A DNA stretch of 64,000 bases from a bacterium (GTDB taxonomy: Bacteria; Zhuqueibacterota; Zhuqueibacteria; Residuimicrobiales; Krinioviventaceae): positions 1,024,001-1,088,000 of the forward strand of contig OY843751.1 of the NCBI GenBank assembly GCA_963693055.1. The letters are read 5' to 3'. Below are positions 32,539 to 40,310 of the stretch, piece after piece. Every line of letters begins with the position of its first letter. Within the stretch, counting starts at the first letter, position 1. The notes under the pieces were generated by a model that saw only the letters and a program-made list of their open reading frames with translations, did not search any database and was not told the origin of the DNA. The position numbers and the translations under genes are program-made.

Positions 32539-32573
32539 CTTTACTATTATTGATTAATCGAACAGGAGTTTGC

Positions 32574-34388
32574 ATGTCGGAACATATTATGATCAGTCTG
32601 TCAAGTGTCATTATTCTGGGTATTGGCGCGCAATGGCTGGCATGGCGTTTAAAATTACCTTCAATATTATTTTTGCTCTTATTCGGCTTTATTGCTGGTC
32701 CTATTACCGGGTTTCTGAATCCCGATGAATTGATGGGAGAGCTTTTACTGCCGGTAGTTTCAATTTCGGTTGCAGTGATTTTGTTTGAAGGGGGCCTGAC
32801 ATTAAAACTCAACGAGTTGAAAGAGATTGGTCGACAGGTCATGACGCTTATTTTTGTGGGCGTTTTGGTTACCTGGGCAATTGCCGCTGTTTCCGCGCAT
32901 TATATTTTGCATTTGAACTGGAATATTTCATTATTACTGGGATCTATTCTGGTTGTTACTGGCCCTACGGTTATTGGGCCTTTGCTGCGTCATATCCGCC
33001 CAACCCAAAAAGTAGGTAAAATATTAAAGTGGGAAGGTATTGTTATTGATCCCATTGGGGCTTTGCTTGCTGTACTGGTTTTTGAAGGTATATTGATTGG
33101 TGAAATGGGCAAGGCCGGCACGGTTGTCATGTTGAGCATTGGTAAAACTATAGTTTTTGGCAGTCTGATTGGCTTACTGGCGGCCGGATTGTTGGTCTTG
33201 TTTTTTAGACGGTTTTGGATACCCGATTTTTTGCAGGAGACTGTGACCTTGATGATGGTTGTAGCAGCGTTTGTGGCGTCTAATATGGTTCAGAAAGAAT
33301 CGGGATTATTTGCGGTTACCTTGATGGGCATAGCGCTTGATAATCAGAAATATGTTACGGTGAAACATATTGTAGAGTTTAAAGAAAATCTTAGAATCCT
33401 GGTAATCTCGGCCTTGTTCATATTGCTGGCAGCACGATTGAATTTGCAAGATTTTAAAGCTTGTAGTTATACCAGCTATATCTTTTTGGCGGTTATTGTT
33501 TTTATTGCTAGGCCGGTTTCGGTATTTTTGTCAACCATCAATTCCGGTTTGAATATTCGTGAAAAACTGTTCCTGTCGTGGATGGCCCCACGTGGAATTG
33601 TTGCTGCTGCCGTGGCTTCTATCTTTGCCCTGGAACTGACACATATTCATTTTCCACAGGCTGAATTTTTGGTGCCCATTACCTTTATGGTTATTGTGGG
33701 TACTGTAAGTATTTATGGGTTATCATCTTCTACGGTTGCCAGGCTGCTTGGGGTGTCGCAGCAAAATCCGCAAGGAGTGTTGTTTATTGGAGCGCACCAT
33801 TGGGCCAGGGCATTGGCTAAAATTTTACAGGAATATAATTTCCGGGTGGCCCTGGTTGATACAAACCGTTTTAATGTGAAAACCGCGAGAATGGAAGGTT
33901 TAAAAGTCTATCATGGTAATGTAATGTCTGAACATATTTTAGATGAAATGGAGCTGGAAGGGATTGGACGGATGGTTGCACTGACTTCAAATACCGAAGC
34001 GAATTCCATGGCTGCTATTCATTTTTCCGAATTATTTGACAAGGAAGAGTTGTATCAACTACCACCAGCACCGGAAACCAAGACGGATATTAATTCGTCC
34101 AAACATTTGCGTGGTAGATATTTATTTTCCAAAGATGCTTTTTACAATGCACTTAACACGCTATATATTAAAGGCTCTGTGATCAAGGCTACAAAGTTGA
34201 CCAAAGAATTTGATTTGCAAAATTTTTACAATTTATATCAGAACAAGGTCATTCCCTTGTTTTTGATAGTAGATGATAGACTTCGGGTGTTTACTGTTGA
34301 TACTGTGTTAGAGCCCAAACCAGACCAAATAATAATCGCCATGGTAGACCAAACTGTATTGCCATCCAACGCCAAGATGAAAGCTTGA
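32574..34388 (+). CDS. CPA1 cation:proton antiporter with C-terminal RCK/TrkA-N domain
   Basis: ILFEGGL; TGPTVI; EGIVIDPIG; APRGIVAAA; IGAH Rossmann-like domain. Confidence 0.9.
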   Translation: MSEHIMISLSSVIILGIGAQWLAWRLKLPSILFLLLFGFIAGPITGFLNPDELMGELLLPVVSISVAVILFEGGLTLKLNELKEIGRQVMTLIFVGVLVTWAIAAVSAHYILHLNWNISLLLGSILVVTGPTVIGPLLRHIRPTQKVGKILKWEGIVIDPIGALLAVLVFEGILIGEMGKAGTVVMLSIGKTIVFGSLIGLLAAGLLVLFFRRFWIPDFLQETVTLMMVVAAFVASNMVQKESGLFAVTLMGIALDNQKYVTVKHIVEFKENLRILVISALFILLAARLNLQDFKACSYTSYIFLAVIVFIARPVSVFLSTINSGLNIREKLFLSWMAPRGIVAAAVASIFALELTHIHFPQAEFLVPITFMVIVGTVSIYGLSSSTVARLLGVSQQNPQGVLFIGAHHWARALAKILQEYNFRVALVDTNRFNVKTARMEGLKVYHGNVMSEHILDEMELEGIGRMVALTSNTEANSMAAIHFSELFDKEELYQLPPAPETKTDINSSKHLRGRYLFSKDAFYNALNTLYIKGSVIKATKLTKEFDLQNFYNLYQNKVIPLFLIVDDRLRVFTVDTVLEPKPDQIIIAMVDQTVLPSNAKMKA

Positions 34389-34413
34389 CAATAATAAAAA
34401 TAATATTTATTTT
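34385..34413 (+). promoter_or_regulatory. sigma70-type promoter for the DUF1080 gene
   Basis: TTGACA-17 nt-TATTTT. Confidence 0.5.
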
Positions 34414-34478
34414 TTAAACTAGTGAACTCATCAGATCGATAGATGTGTGTCTGTCGAAATTAACTCAGGAGAAGAAAA

Positions 34479-35240
34479 ATGAAATTTCGCAGTTTTACTT
34501 TTGTAGTATTGGCACTACTTTTCATCTCTGTTACTTTTGTAGCAGCGCAAGAACAAGAACTCCCTGATCCCAAATTGACCGAAGTATGGGAACCGGTTCC
34601 CCCAATTGTTACACCTGGTGAAGGTACAGCTGCCCCATCAGATGCGATTGTTTTGTTTGATGGTACGGATTTTTCCAATTGGAAACATGCAGATGGAAAA
34701 CCTGTAAAATGGTTTCTGAATAAAGACCAAGGTTGCATGACCGTTGTTAAAAAGACCGGAACAATTGAAACAAAACAAGAATTTGGTGATATTCAACTTC
34801 ATATCGAATGGCGTACCCCTGCAATTCCTGTTGGTCGTGGACAGGGACGTGGCAATAGCGGCGTTTTCTTTCAAAAACGGTACGAGCTGCAAGTGCTGGA
34901 TTCATATCTGAACCAGACCTATTCAAATGGTCAGGCTGGTAGTATTTACAAGCAATCTATTCCATTGGTTAATGCCAGCAAAGGTCCCGGCGAATGGCAA
35001 ACTTATGATGCAATCTTTATTGCACCCCGTTTTAACGATGATGGCTCTTTAAAATCTCCGGGTTATATTACTGTATTGCATAATGGTGTATTGATTCAGA
35101 ACCATTTTGAAATTCAGGGTCCTACAGAATATCGTGGAAAACCGGAATATAAAGCACATCCCCTTAAACAAGGGATTATGCTGCAAGATCATGGGAATCC
35201 TACAAGTTTTAGAAATATCTGGGTAAGAGAATTGGATTAA
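34479..35240 (+). CDS. DUF1080 (3-keto-disaccharide hydrolase/lyase family) secreted protein
   Basis: PSDAIVLFDG; GNSGVF; YELQVLDS; GEWQTYD; LQDHGNP.SFRNIW. Confidence 0.9.
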   Translation: MKFRSFTFVVLALLFISVTFVAAQEQELPDPKLTEVWEPVPPIVTPGEGTAAPSDAIVLFDGTDFSNWKHADGKPVKWFLNKDQGCMTVVKKTGTIETKQEFGDIQLHIEWRTPAIPVGRGQGRGNSGVFFQKRYELQVLDSYLNQTYSNGQAGSIYKQSIPLVNASKGPGEWQTYDAIFIAPRFNDDGSLKSPGYITVLHNGVLIQNHFEIQGPTEYRGKPEYKAHPLKQGIMLQDHGNPTSFRNIWVRELD

Positions 35241-35248
35241 GATTTTTT

Positions 35249-35284
35249 TACAGGCCATCAAGCTTTTGGTGGCCTGTATTTTTG
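35249..35284 (+). terminator. Intrinsic terminator
   Basis: TACAGGCCATCAA...TTGGTGGCCTGTA followed by Ts. Confidence 0.8.
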
Positions 35285-35398
35285 TGGGGCTGTTATGTAA
35301 ATTATTGTACAGATTGTAATTGTTAAGCCGATAATATTTTTCAATTCTTTATTGCAATAATTTAAATTTTTCCATAGTATATTAATATTTATTTCCAG

Positions 35399-35534
35399 TT
35401 TGTTGATGTATATCCAGTATCAAGGAAATTATACCACTTAATGGAACGCCACTAATGTTGCAACGGGACAATATTATTTCCGCTTGACAACTGAAAACTA
35501 TTGTGCTATTCGCAAATGTACATTGTTGAAATAG
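35399..35534 (+). pseudogene. Relic of the 3' end of a C-terminal-sorting-domain gene
   Basis: Manual translation FVDVY/(+1 nt)/QYQGNYTT*WNATNVATGQYYFRLTTENYCAIRKCTLLK* resembles the sorting-domain C-termini in this window (e.g. INAKNLPSGVYFYKLETENATDIKKCLLLK); internal stop, frameshift, no start. Confidence 0.7.
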
Positions 35535-35623
35535 AATGTTTTTGGCGATAAATATGTTATATTAATAATATTGATTATTGAAATTATCCCGGATGAATTT
35601 AGGGATAATGATAAGGAGCGCTA

Positions 35624-36490
35624 GTGGATTTAAAAACGACGTTGTTCAGATATCGGTTATTGATTATCACTGTTTTGGGATTTTTTGTGCTGATTCTTGT
35701 ATCGATGCTGAACGAAATTCTGGATTTACCACACCTGCTTTTCAATCAGCCCGCAACGCCAATCAACAAGACCGAGTTTTTGTTAGAAACTTTTATGCTG
35801 CTATGCTTTGGATTTGTTATTAATGTCAGTGTTTTTATCTATTCTTATCGATATAATCGTTCCAAAGTTATGCTTATGCGGTCATTGGAAGAAAAGGAAT
35901 TTCTGCTCAAAGAGATCCATCACCGTGTCAAGAATAATCTGGCTCTGATTACCAGCATTATTAACCTGCAGGAACGATCTGTTGATGATGAGCAATTTAA
36001 AAATATTTTGCAGGACCTGAAAAGCAGAATAACTTCCATAACACTCATTCATAAAAAATTATATACATCCGATGATTTGAATACAACCCATGCTGAAACC
36101 TATTTCCGCGAACTGCTTGAAGAAGTAACACAGATATCTGACAAATCGATTGATATTCAAATGGATTTTGATGATATCCGCATCGATCAGAAAACGCTTA
36201 TTCCTTTGGCTATTGTAACTAGCGAGTTGGTGACCAATGCCATTAAATATGCCTTCCCGGATGAAACCCATCCGCAGATTCGCATGACTTTAAAAAATAG
36301 AAAAGAAAACCTTTTATTCAGCCTGGGGAACAATGGCGCTGGATTGCCGGAGGATTTTTCAATAGAAAATTATTCTTCATTGGGGCTAACACTGGTGAGG
36401 CTGCTGACCAGCCAGATTAATGGGGATTTGGAGATTGTTACTGAACCACACACTGAATTTAGGATAAGGTTCCCGGTGGATGGGGAGTGA
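35624..36490 (+). CDS. Membrane sensor histidine kinase, HisKA_2 type
   Basis: 2 TM; LLKEIHHRVKNNL H-box; ELVTNAIKYAF N-box; NNGAGLP and SSLGLTLV G-boxes. Confidence 0.9.
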   Translation: MDLKTTLFRYRLLIITVLGFFVLILVSMLNEILDLPHLLFNQPATPINKTEFLLETFMLLCFGFVINVSVFIYSYRYNRSKVMLMRSLEEKEFLLKEIHHRVKNNLALITSIINLQERSVDDEQFKNILQDLKSRITSITLIHKKLYTSDDLNTTHAETYFRELLEEVTQISDKSIDIQMDFDDIRIDQKTLIPLAIVTSELVTNAIKYAFPDETHPQIRMTLKNRKENLLFSLGNNGAGLPEDFSIENYSSLGLTLVRLLTSQINGDLEIVTEPHTEFRIRFPVDGE

Positions 36491-36531
36491 AATTTTAATA
36501 TTTAATCAAAGAAAAGTTTTGACGTAACAAG

Positions 36532-37603
36532 CCAGGGGCAAATAAAAAGGGATGGTTATGATGAAAACCTATATTTTTCGCAAGAGCATAATATTATTCG
36601 CAATTGCTGTATCTCCACTGTTTAACTGTTTTAATCATCAGGACCATCAGGTGACCAGGCCCGAGGTCCCCCGTTATGTGCTGACAGGTACAACAATTGA
36701 TTATACCACCGGACTGCCTTTGGCCAATGTCCCCTTGAAAATAACGGCAGGTATGTTGGTATATGATGTTCGGTTTAACAGCCAAACTCTGCAATCTGAC
36801 AGCAGCGGTTTTTTTTCAATTTCTCCGGTATATCCCGGTAATTATACATTGTACGCGCAAAAAAATGGCTGCTGGTTACAAGGCAGTAAGCTGGAGATAC
36901 AACATGAAGACCGTGATTTTGTATGTAAAGTACCAAATGTAGTTTATGGTCGTTTACATTCATCAAAATTATTTATTGATGATAAAACATTCCCAAATGC
37001 AAATGATTTTTATCGTAGCTTTACTATAAGCAGTTTAACTGGTATTTTCCCAATAAAGTTTTTAGAATATGATCTAAGCTGGTCATATTATTTTGCAAAT
37101 GTAACACTAAAAAACGGCTTGAATACATATTTGTCACATTTTAAGTCTGAAATACCATTAAAGGGAATATATCAATTGGCTATAGGTGGCGGGTATTGCT
37201 GGGGTTGTAAAAAACCGGATTCAATATTGGTGTTTGATCAATGGCAATATACGTTTTTGAATAAATATTCAACAGGTGTTTTTATTAAAGATATTGCCTA
37301 TAACGTGAATGATAAAAATTTATATGCCTGTACTGACTCTTTACTGTACCAGGTAGATGTGAAAACATACGCTATGAATGAAATAGCGGCATTACCCATA
37401 ACCGGTACAATCGCCATGACATGGAATGATAATTATCTTTATCTTTTGCAAGGCACGGAGGACCTTGTCTATAAACTTGACAATCGATTGCGAATCGTTG
37501 ATATTTTTGCCATAGTCGATCAGACAGACAACTTTCAATACACCCAATTGTATGATATGAATTTTGATGGATATAATAATTTGTGGATATCGGTTGAGGG
37601 GTA
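36532..37603 (+). repeat. Direct repeat copy 1 (~1.07 kb) of 38171..39240
   Basis: Starts CCAGGGGCAAATAAAAAGGGATGG and ends GTTGAGGGGTA in both copies; near-identical except ~36941-37199. Confidence 0.95.
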
Positions 37604-37604
37604 A
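36552..37604 (+). CDS. Exported protein A1, probable lipoprotein: carboxypeptidase-regulatory-like beta-sandwich plus probable beta-propeller
   Basis: Signal ending in an atypical lipobox LFNC; LTGTTIDYTTGLPLANV...SDSSGFFSI...PGNYTLYA; C-terminal repeats DIAYN, IAMTWND and DMNFDGYNNLWIS suggest propeller blades (inferred). Confidence 0.75.
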   Translation: MVMMKTYIFRKSIILFAIAVSPLFNCFNHQDHQVTRPEVPRYVLTGTTIDYTTGLPLANVPLKITAGMLVYDVRFNSQTLQSDSSGFFSISPVYPGNYTLYAQKNGCWLQGSKLEIQHEDRDFVCKVPNVVYGRLHSSKLFIDDKTFPNANDFYRSFTISSLTGIFPIKFLEYDLSWSYYFANVTLKNGLNTYLSHFKSEIPLKGIYQLAIGGGYCWGCKKPDSILVFDQWQYTFLNKYSTGVFIKDIAYNVNDKNLYACTDSLLYQVDVKTYAMNEIAALPITGTIAMTWNDNYLYLLQGTEDLVYKLDNRLRIVDIFAIVDQTDNFQYTQLYDMNFDGYNNLWISVEG

Positions 37605-37780
37605 ACTTTATTCAAGTTTACGTTAATTAACTAGTCCGTTATATACGAACTGTTACTTTTCTCTATACTAAATTCAGAATCAAATTTTTGGATGAAAGGT
37701 GATATATTTTCATACAGATTCAATTTCATGTAAAAAGTTTTTATAAAAGATACTTGACTATTGTTTTTTTTTATTTTTTC

Positions 37781-37795
37781 TTGCCCTTGGATCGG
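37781..37795 (+). repeat. 5' arm of the long-range inverted repeat around peptide P1 (pairs with 38166..38180)
   Basis: TTGCCCTTGGATCGG / CTGATCCAGGGGCAA: 15 bp including 2 G-U pairs. Confidence 0.85.
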
Positions 37796-37816
37796 GCGAA
37801 AAATAAGGGGTTAAAA

Positions 37817-38118
37817 ATGAAAAAAATTAAAGTTCTTGGGATTTTTCTTTTATTTTCAGTAATTGTTTTTGGTGGCTTTCAGATTATTAATGTTTCACCT
37901 GCCTATGCTCTAGATAATCCATTTTGTGGTACTGGAATTTATGTCAGAGTGTAATCTATGATGTAGAATGTCAATCTTGTTGGTGCGAACAACTTGGTGG
38001 TGGTCATAGATATTGTTGGGTTTGTCAGTGTTATATTGAGGAAATCGAGTATACTTATATTTCACAGGAGTTAACTTGTGATTATGAGGAGCAATGGCAT
38101 CCCTGCTATGGTTATTAA
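37817..38118 (+). pseudogene. Secreted 10-Cys peptide P1, split by a 1-nt frameshift near 37928-37933
   Basis: Frame 0: MKKIKVLGIFLLFSVIVFGGFQIINVSPAYA-LDNPFCG. The -1 frame continues (Y)WNLCQSVIYDVECQSCWC...CWVCQC...C...CYGY*. The joined product is homologous to P2/P3. Confidence 0.85.
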
Positions 38119-38170
38119 TTGTTAAAACTTAAATAGTCTAAACATACACTGTACAATAGTTTGATCTGAT

Positions 38171-39240
38171 CCAGGGGCAAATAAAAAAGGGATGGTTATG
38201 ATGAAAACCTATATTTTTCGCAAGAGCATAATATTATTCGCAATTGCTGTATCTCCACTGTTTAACTGTTTTAATCATCAGGACCATCAGGTGACCAGGC
38301 CCGAGGTCCCCCGTTATGTGCTGACAGGTACAACAATTGATTATACCACCGGACTGCCTTTGGCCAATGTCCCCTTGAAAATAACGGCAGGTATGTTGGT
38401 ATATGATGTTCGGTTTAACAGTCAAATCCTGCAATCTGACAGCAGCGGTTTTTTTTCAATTTCTCCGGTATATCCCGGTAATTATACATTGTACGCGCAA
38501 AAAAATGAGTGCTGGTTACAAGGTACCAGGTTAGAAATACAACATAATGACCGTGATTTTGTATGCAAAGTACCAAATGTGATTAATGCAAATCTACATC
38601 CAAGTCAAATTTATACAGGTTCTCATTTGTACCCTAATGCAAATGGATTTTATCGTTGTTTTACAATTACAAGTTTAACAGGTGTAATCCCAGTAAAGTT
38701 GATTAGTGCTGATAAAATTTCATATTATTTTGGTAAGGTTACATTAAAGAACGGCTTTGGAAAATATTCATCATTACATGAAACCAATTCTTCATTACAA
38801 AATATATATCAACTTGCACTTGGTGATGAAAAGTTTTGGGGTTGTAAAAAACCGGATTCAATATTGGTGTTTGATCAATGGCAATATACATTTTTAAACA
38901 AATATTCGACAAATGTTTTTATTAAAGATATTGCCTATAACGTGAATGATAAAAATTTATATGCCTGTACTGACTCTTTACTGTACCAGGTAGATGTAAA
39001 AACATACGCTATGAATGAAATAGCGGCATTACCCATAACCGGTACAATCGCCATGACATGGAATGATAATTATCTTTATCTTTTGCAAGGCACGGAGGAC
39101 CTTGTCTATAAACTTGACAATCGATTGCAAATCGTTGATATTTTTGCCATAGTCGATCAGACAGACAACTTTCAATACACCCAATTGTATGATATGAATT
39201 TTGATGGTTATAATAATTTGTGGATATCGGTTGAGGGGTA
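38171..39240 (+). repeat. Direct repeat copy 2 of 36532..37603
   Basis: Same ends as copy 1; divergent block ~38581-38836. Confidence 0.95.
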
Positions 39241-39241
39241 G
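38192..39241 (+). CDS. Exported protein A2, paralog of A1 with divergent central segment
   Basis: N-terminal ~130 aa and C-terminal ~133 aa nearly identical to A1. Confidence 0.8.
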   Translation: MVMMKTYIFRKSIILFAIAVSPLFNCFNHQDHQVTRPEVPRYVLTGTTIDYTTGLPLANVPLKITAGMLVYDVRFNSQILQSDSSGFFSISPVYPGNYTLYAQKNECWLQGTRLEIQHNDRDFVCKVPNVINANLHPSQIYTGSHLYPNANGFYRCFTITSLTGVIPVKLISADKISYYFGKVTLKNGFGKYSSLHETNSSLQNIYQLALGDEKFWGCKKPDSILVFDQWQYTFLNKYSTNVFIKDIAYNVNDKNLYACTDSLLYQVDVKTYAMNEIAALPITGTIAMTWNDNYLYLLQGTEDLVYKLDNRLQIVDIFAIVDQTDNFQYTQLYDMNFDGYNNLWISVEG

Positions 39242-39312
39242 ATATAAATTTCTTACATTTTTTTAAATTCTTGTATTATTAATTGAAATTTGCTAAAAAT
39301 ATTAAAAATATC

Positions 39313-39401
39313 TTGACTTTTACGATAATATTTGCTAATTAAATATCAATCCTTGGGTCGTACAAAACTAAAATTTCAAATAAAATCTTAGGGGATTTAT
39401 T
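39313..39401 (+). promoter_or_regulatory. Duplicated promoter/5'-UTR of P2 (near-identical to 39885..39973 of P3), containing the 5' arm 39347..39359
   Basis: TTGACT -35-like hexamer with a non-consensus AT-rich -10 region; CAATCCTTGGGTC arm; AGGGGA RBS. Confidence 0.65.
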
Positions 39402-39704
39402 ATGAAAAAGATGAAAACTATTAGTCTGGTTCTATTAGTAGCTGTAGTTGTCTTTGGTGGGATTCATATAGTTAATATTGAAAGTGCAAACGCCAGGCCT
39501 GGTTGTCCAGTAGAGAATATGTGCCCTAGCTGGTCATATTGTAAGTCATGTTGGTGTTCTAGTGATGGTTTTACAAGTACCTGGATATGCGAATGTCAAA
39601 AGGCATCTGATTTAGACCATTTCTTTCAAGTAGCAGAAATTGTTCCAGAGTGTGATGAGGGGCCTTGCTATTACGATTGTCCTGAACCTCCAGGTGATGA
39701 TTAA
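39402..39704 (+). CDS. Secreted 10-Cys peptide P2
   Basis: 31-aa Sec-type signal (..VFGG..ANA); acidic mature region C-x5-C-x5-C-x2-C-W-C-x10-C-x-C-x18-C-x4-C-x3-C. Confidence 0.9.
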   Translation: MKKMKTISLVLLVAVVVFGGIHIVNIESANARPGCPVENMCPSWSYCKSCWCSSDGFTSTWICECQKASDLDHFFQVAEIVPECDEGPCYYDCPEPPGDD

Positions 39705-39722
39705 AAATAAATAAAATTTGAT

Positions 39723-39735
39723 GACCCAAGGATTG
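39723..39735 (+). repeat. 3' arm of the long-range inverted repeat around P2
   Basis: GACCCAAGGATTG is the perfect complement of CAATCCTTGGGTC at 39347..39359. Confidence 0.9.
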
Positions 39736-39973
39736 TATTTGTAAAACGGTAAAAATGGATTTATTTTTTAGTTAAGATTTCAAGTTGTTGCTCTCTTGTT
39801 TGGAAAAAGTTTGAAGATAGGTTAATATATTTAAATTTAAAAATAATTTTTTATAATATTTTTTTCGAACAAAAATAAAACATCTTGACTTTTGCGATAA
39901 TAATTGCTAATAAGATATCAATTCTTGGGTCGTACAAAACTAAAATTTCAAATAAAATCTTAGGGGATTTATT

Positions 39974-40273
39974 ATGAAAAAGATGAAAACTATTAGTCTT
40001 GTTCTATTAGTAGCTGTAGTTGTCTTTGGTGGGATTAATATAGTAAATGTTCAAAATGCAGATGCAAGTATTGGCTGTCCAGTAGATAATCTTTGTCCTA
40101 GTTGGGCACATTGTAATAAATGTTGGTGCTCAGATGATAGTGGTGGTGGTGCCAGTACATGGATCTGTGAATGTGAAAGTTTAAAATCTGGTAATAAATA
40201 TCCTGTCGCTGAAATTGAACCGGTATGTAATGAAGGGCCGTGTTATTGGACTTGCCCTGAACCTCCAGGTTGA
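39974..40273 (+). CDS. Secreted 10-Cys peptide P3 (paralog of P2)
   Basis: First 21 aa identical to P2; same 10-Cys scaffold; ends CPEPPG. Confidence 0.9.
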   Translation: MKKMKTISLVLLVAVVVFGGINIVNVQNADASIGCPVDNLCPSWAHCNKCWCSDDSGGGASTWICECESLKSGNKYPVAEIEPVCNEGPCYWTCPEPPG

Positions 40274-40298
40274 TGATTTAATATAAATAATATTTGAT

Positions 40299-40310
40299 GA
40301 CCCAAGGATT
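40299..40310 (+). repeat. 3' arm of the long-range inverted repeat around P3
   Basis: GACCCAAGGATT pairs with AATTCTTGGGTC at 39920..39931 (one U-G pair); followed by a T-run. Confidence 0.9.

Noticed and set aside
36532-39240. Diversity-generating retroelement (TR/VR pair) as the explanation for A1/A2
   Set aside because: Differences are not adenine-specific and include an indel, both copies are full ORFs, and no reverse transcriptase is in the window.
39402-40273. Classical RiPP precursors (ranthipeptide, lanthipeptide, double-glycine bacteriocin)
   Set aside because: No radical SAM, LanM, YcaO or C39-peptidase transporter in the window. The GG lies within a hydrophobic Sec-type signal ending in AxA, and the even Cys count plus TlpA point to disulfides. 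Enzymes acting in trans cannot be excluded.
40271-40276. TGA TGA after P3 as selenocysteine or readthrough
   Set aside because: Explained by a 1-nt insertion relative to P2 (GGT GAT GAT TAA); the position does not align with a Cys and I see no SECIS-like hairpin.
37781-40310. Inverted repeats as invertible DNA, MITE ends, retron a1/a2 arms or integron attC sites
   Set aside because: No recombinase, transposase, integrase or RT nearby; no target-site duplications or attC core sites seen; all three genes are in the same orientation; mismatches in the core helices are G-U compatible, which favours RNA pairing.
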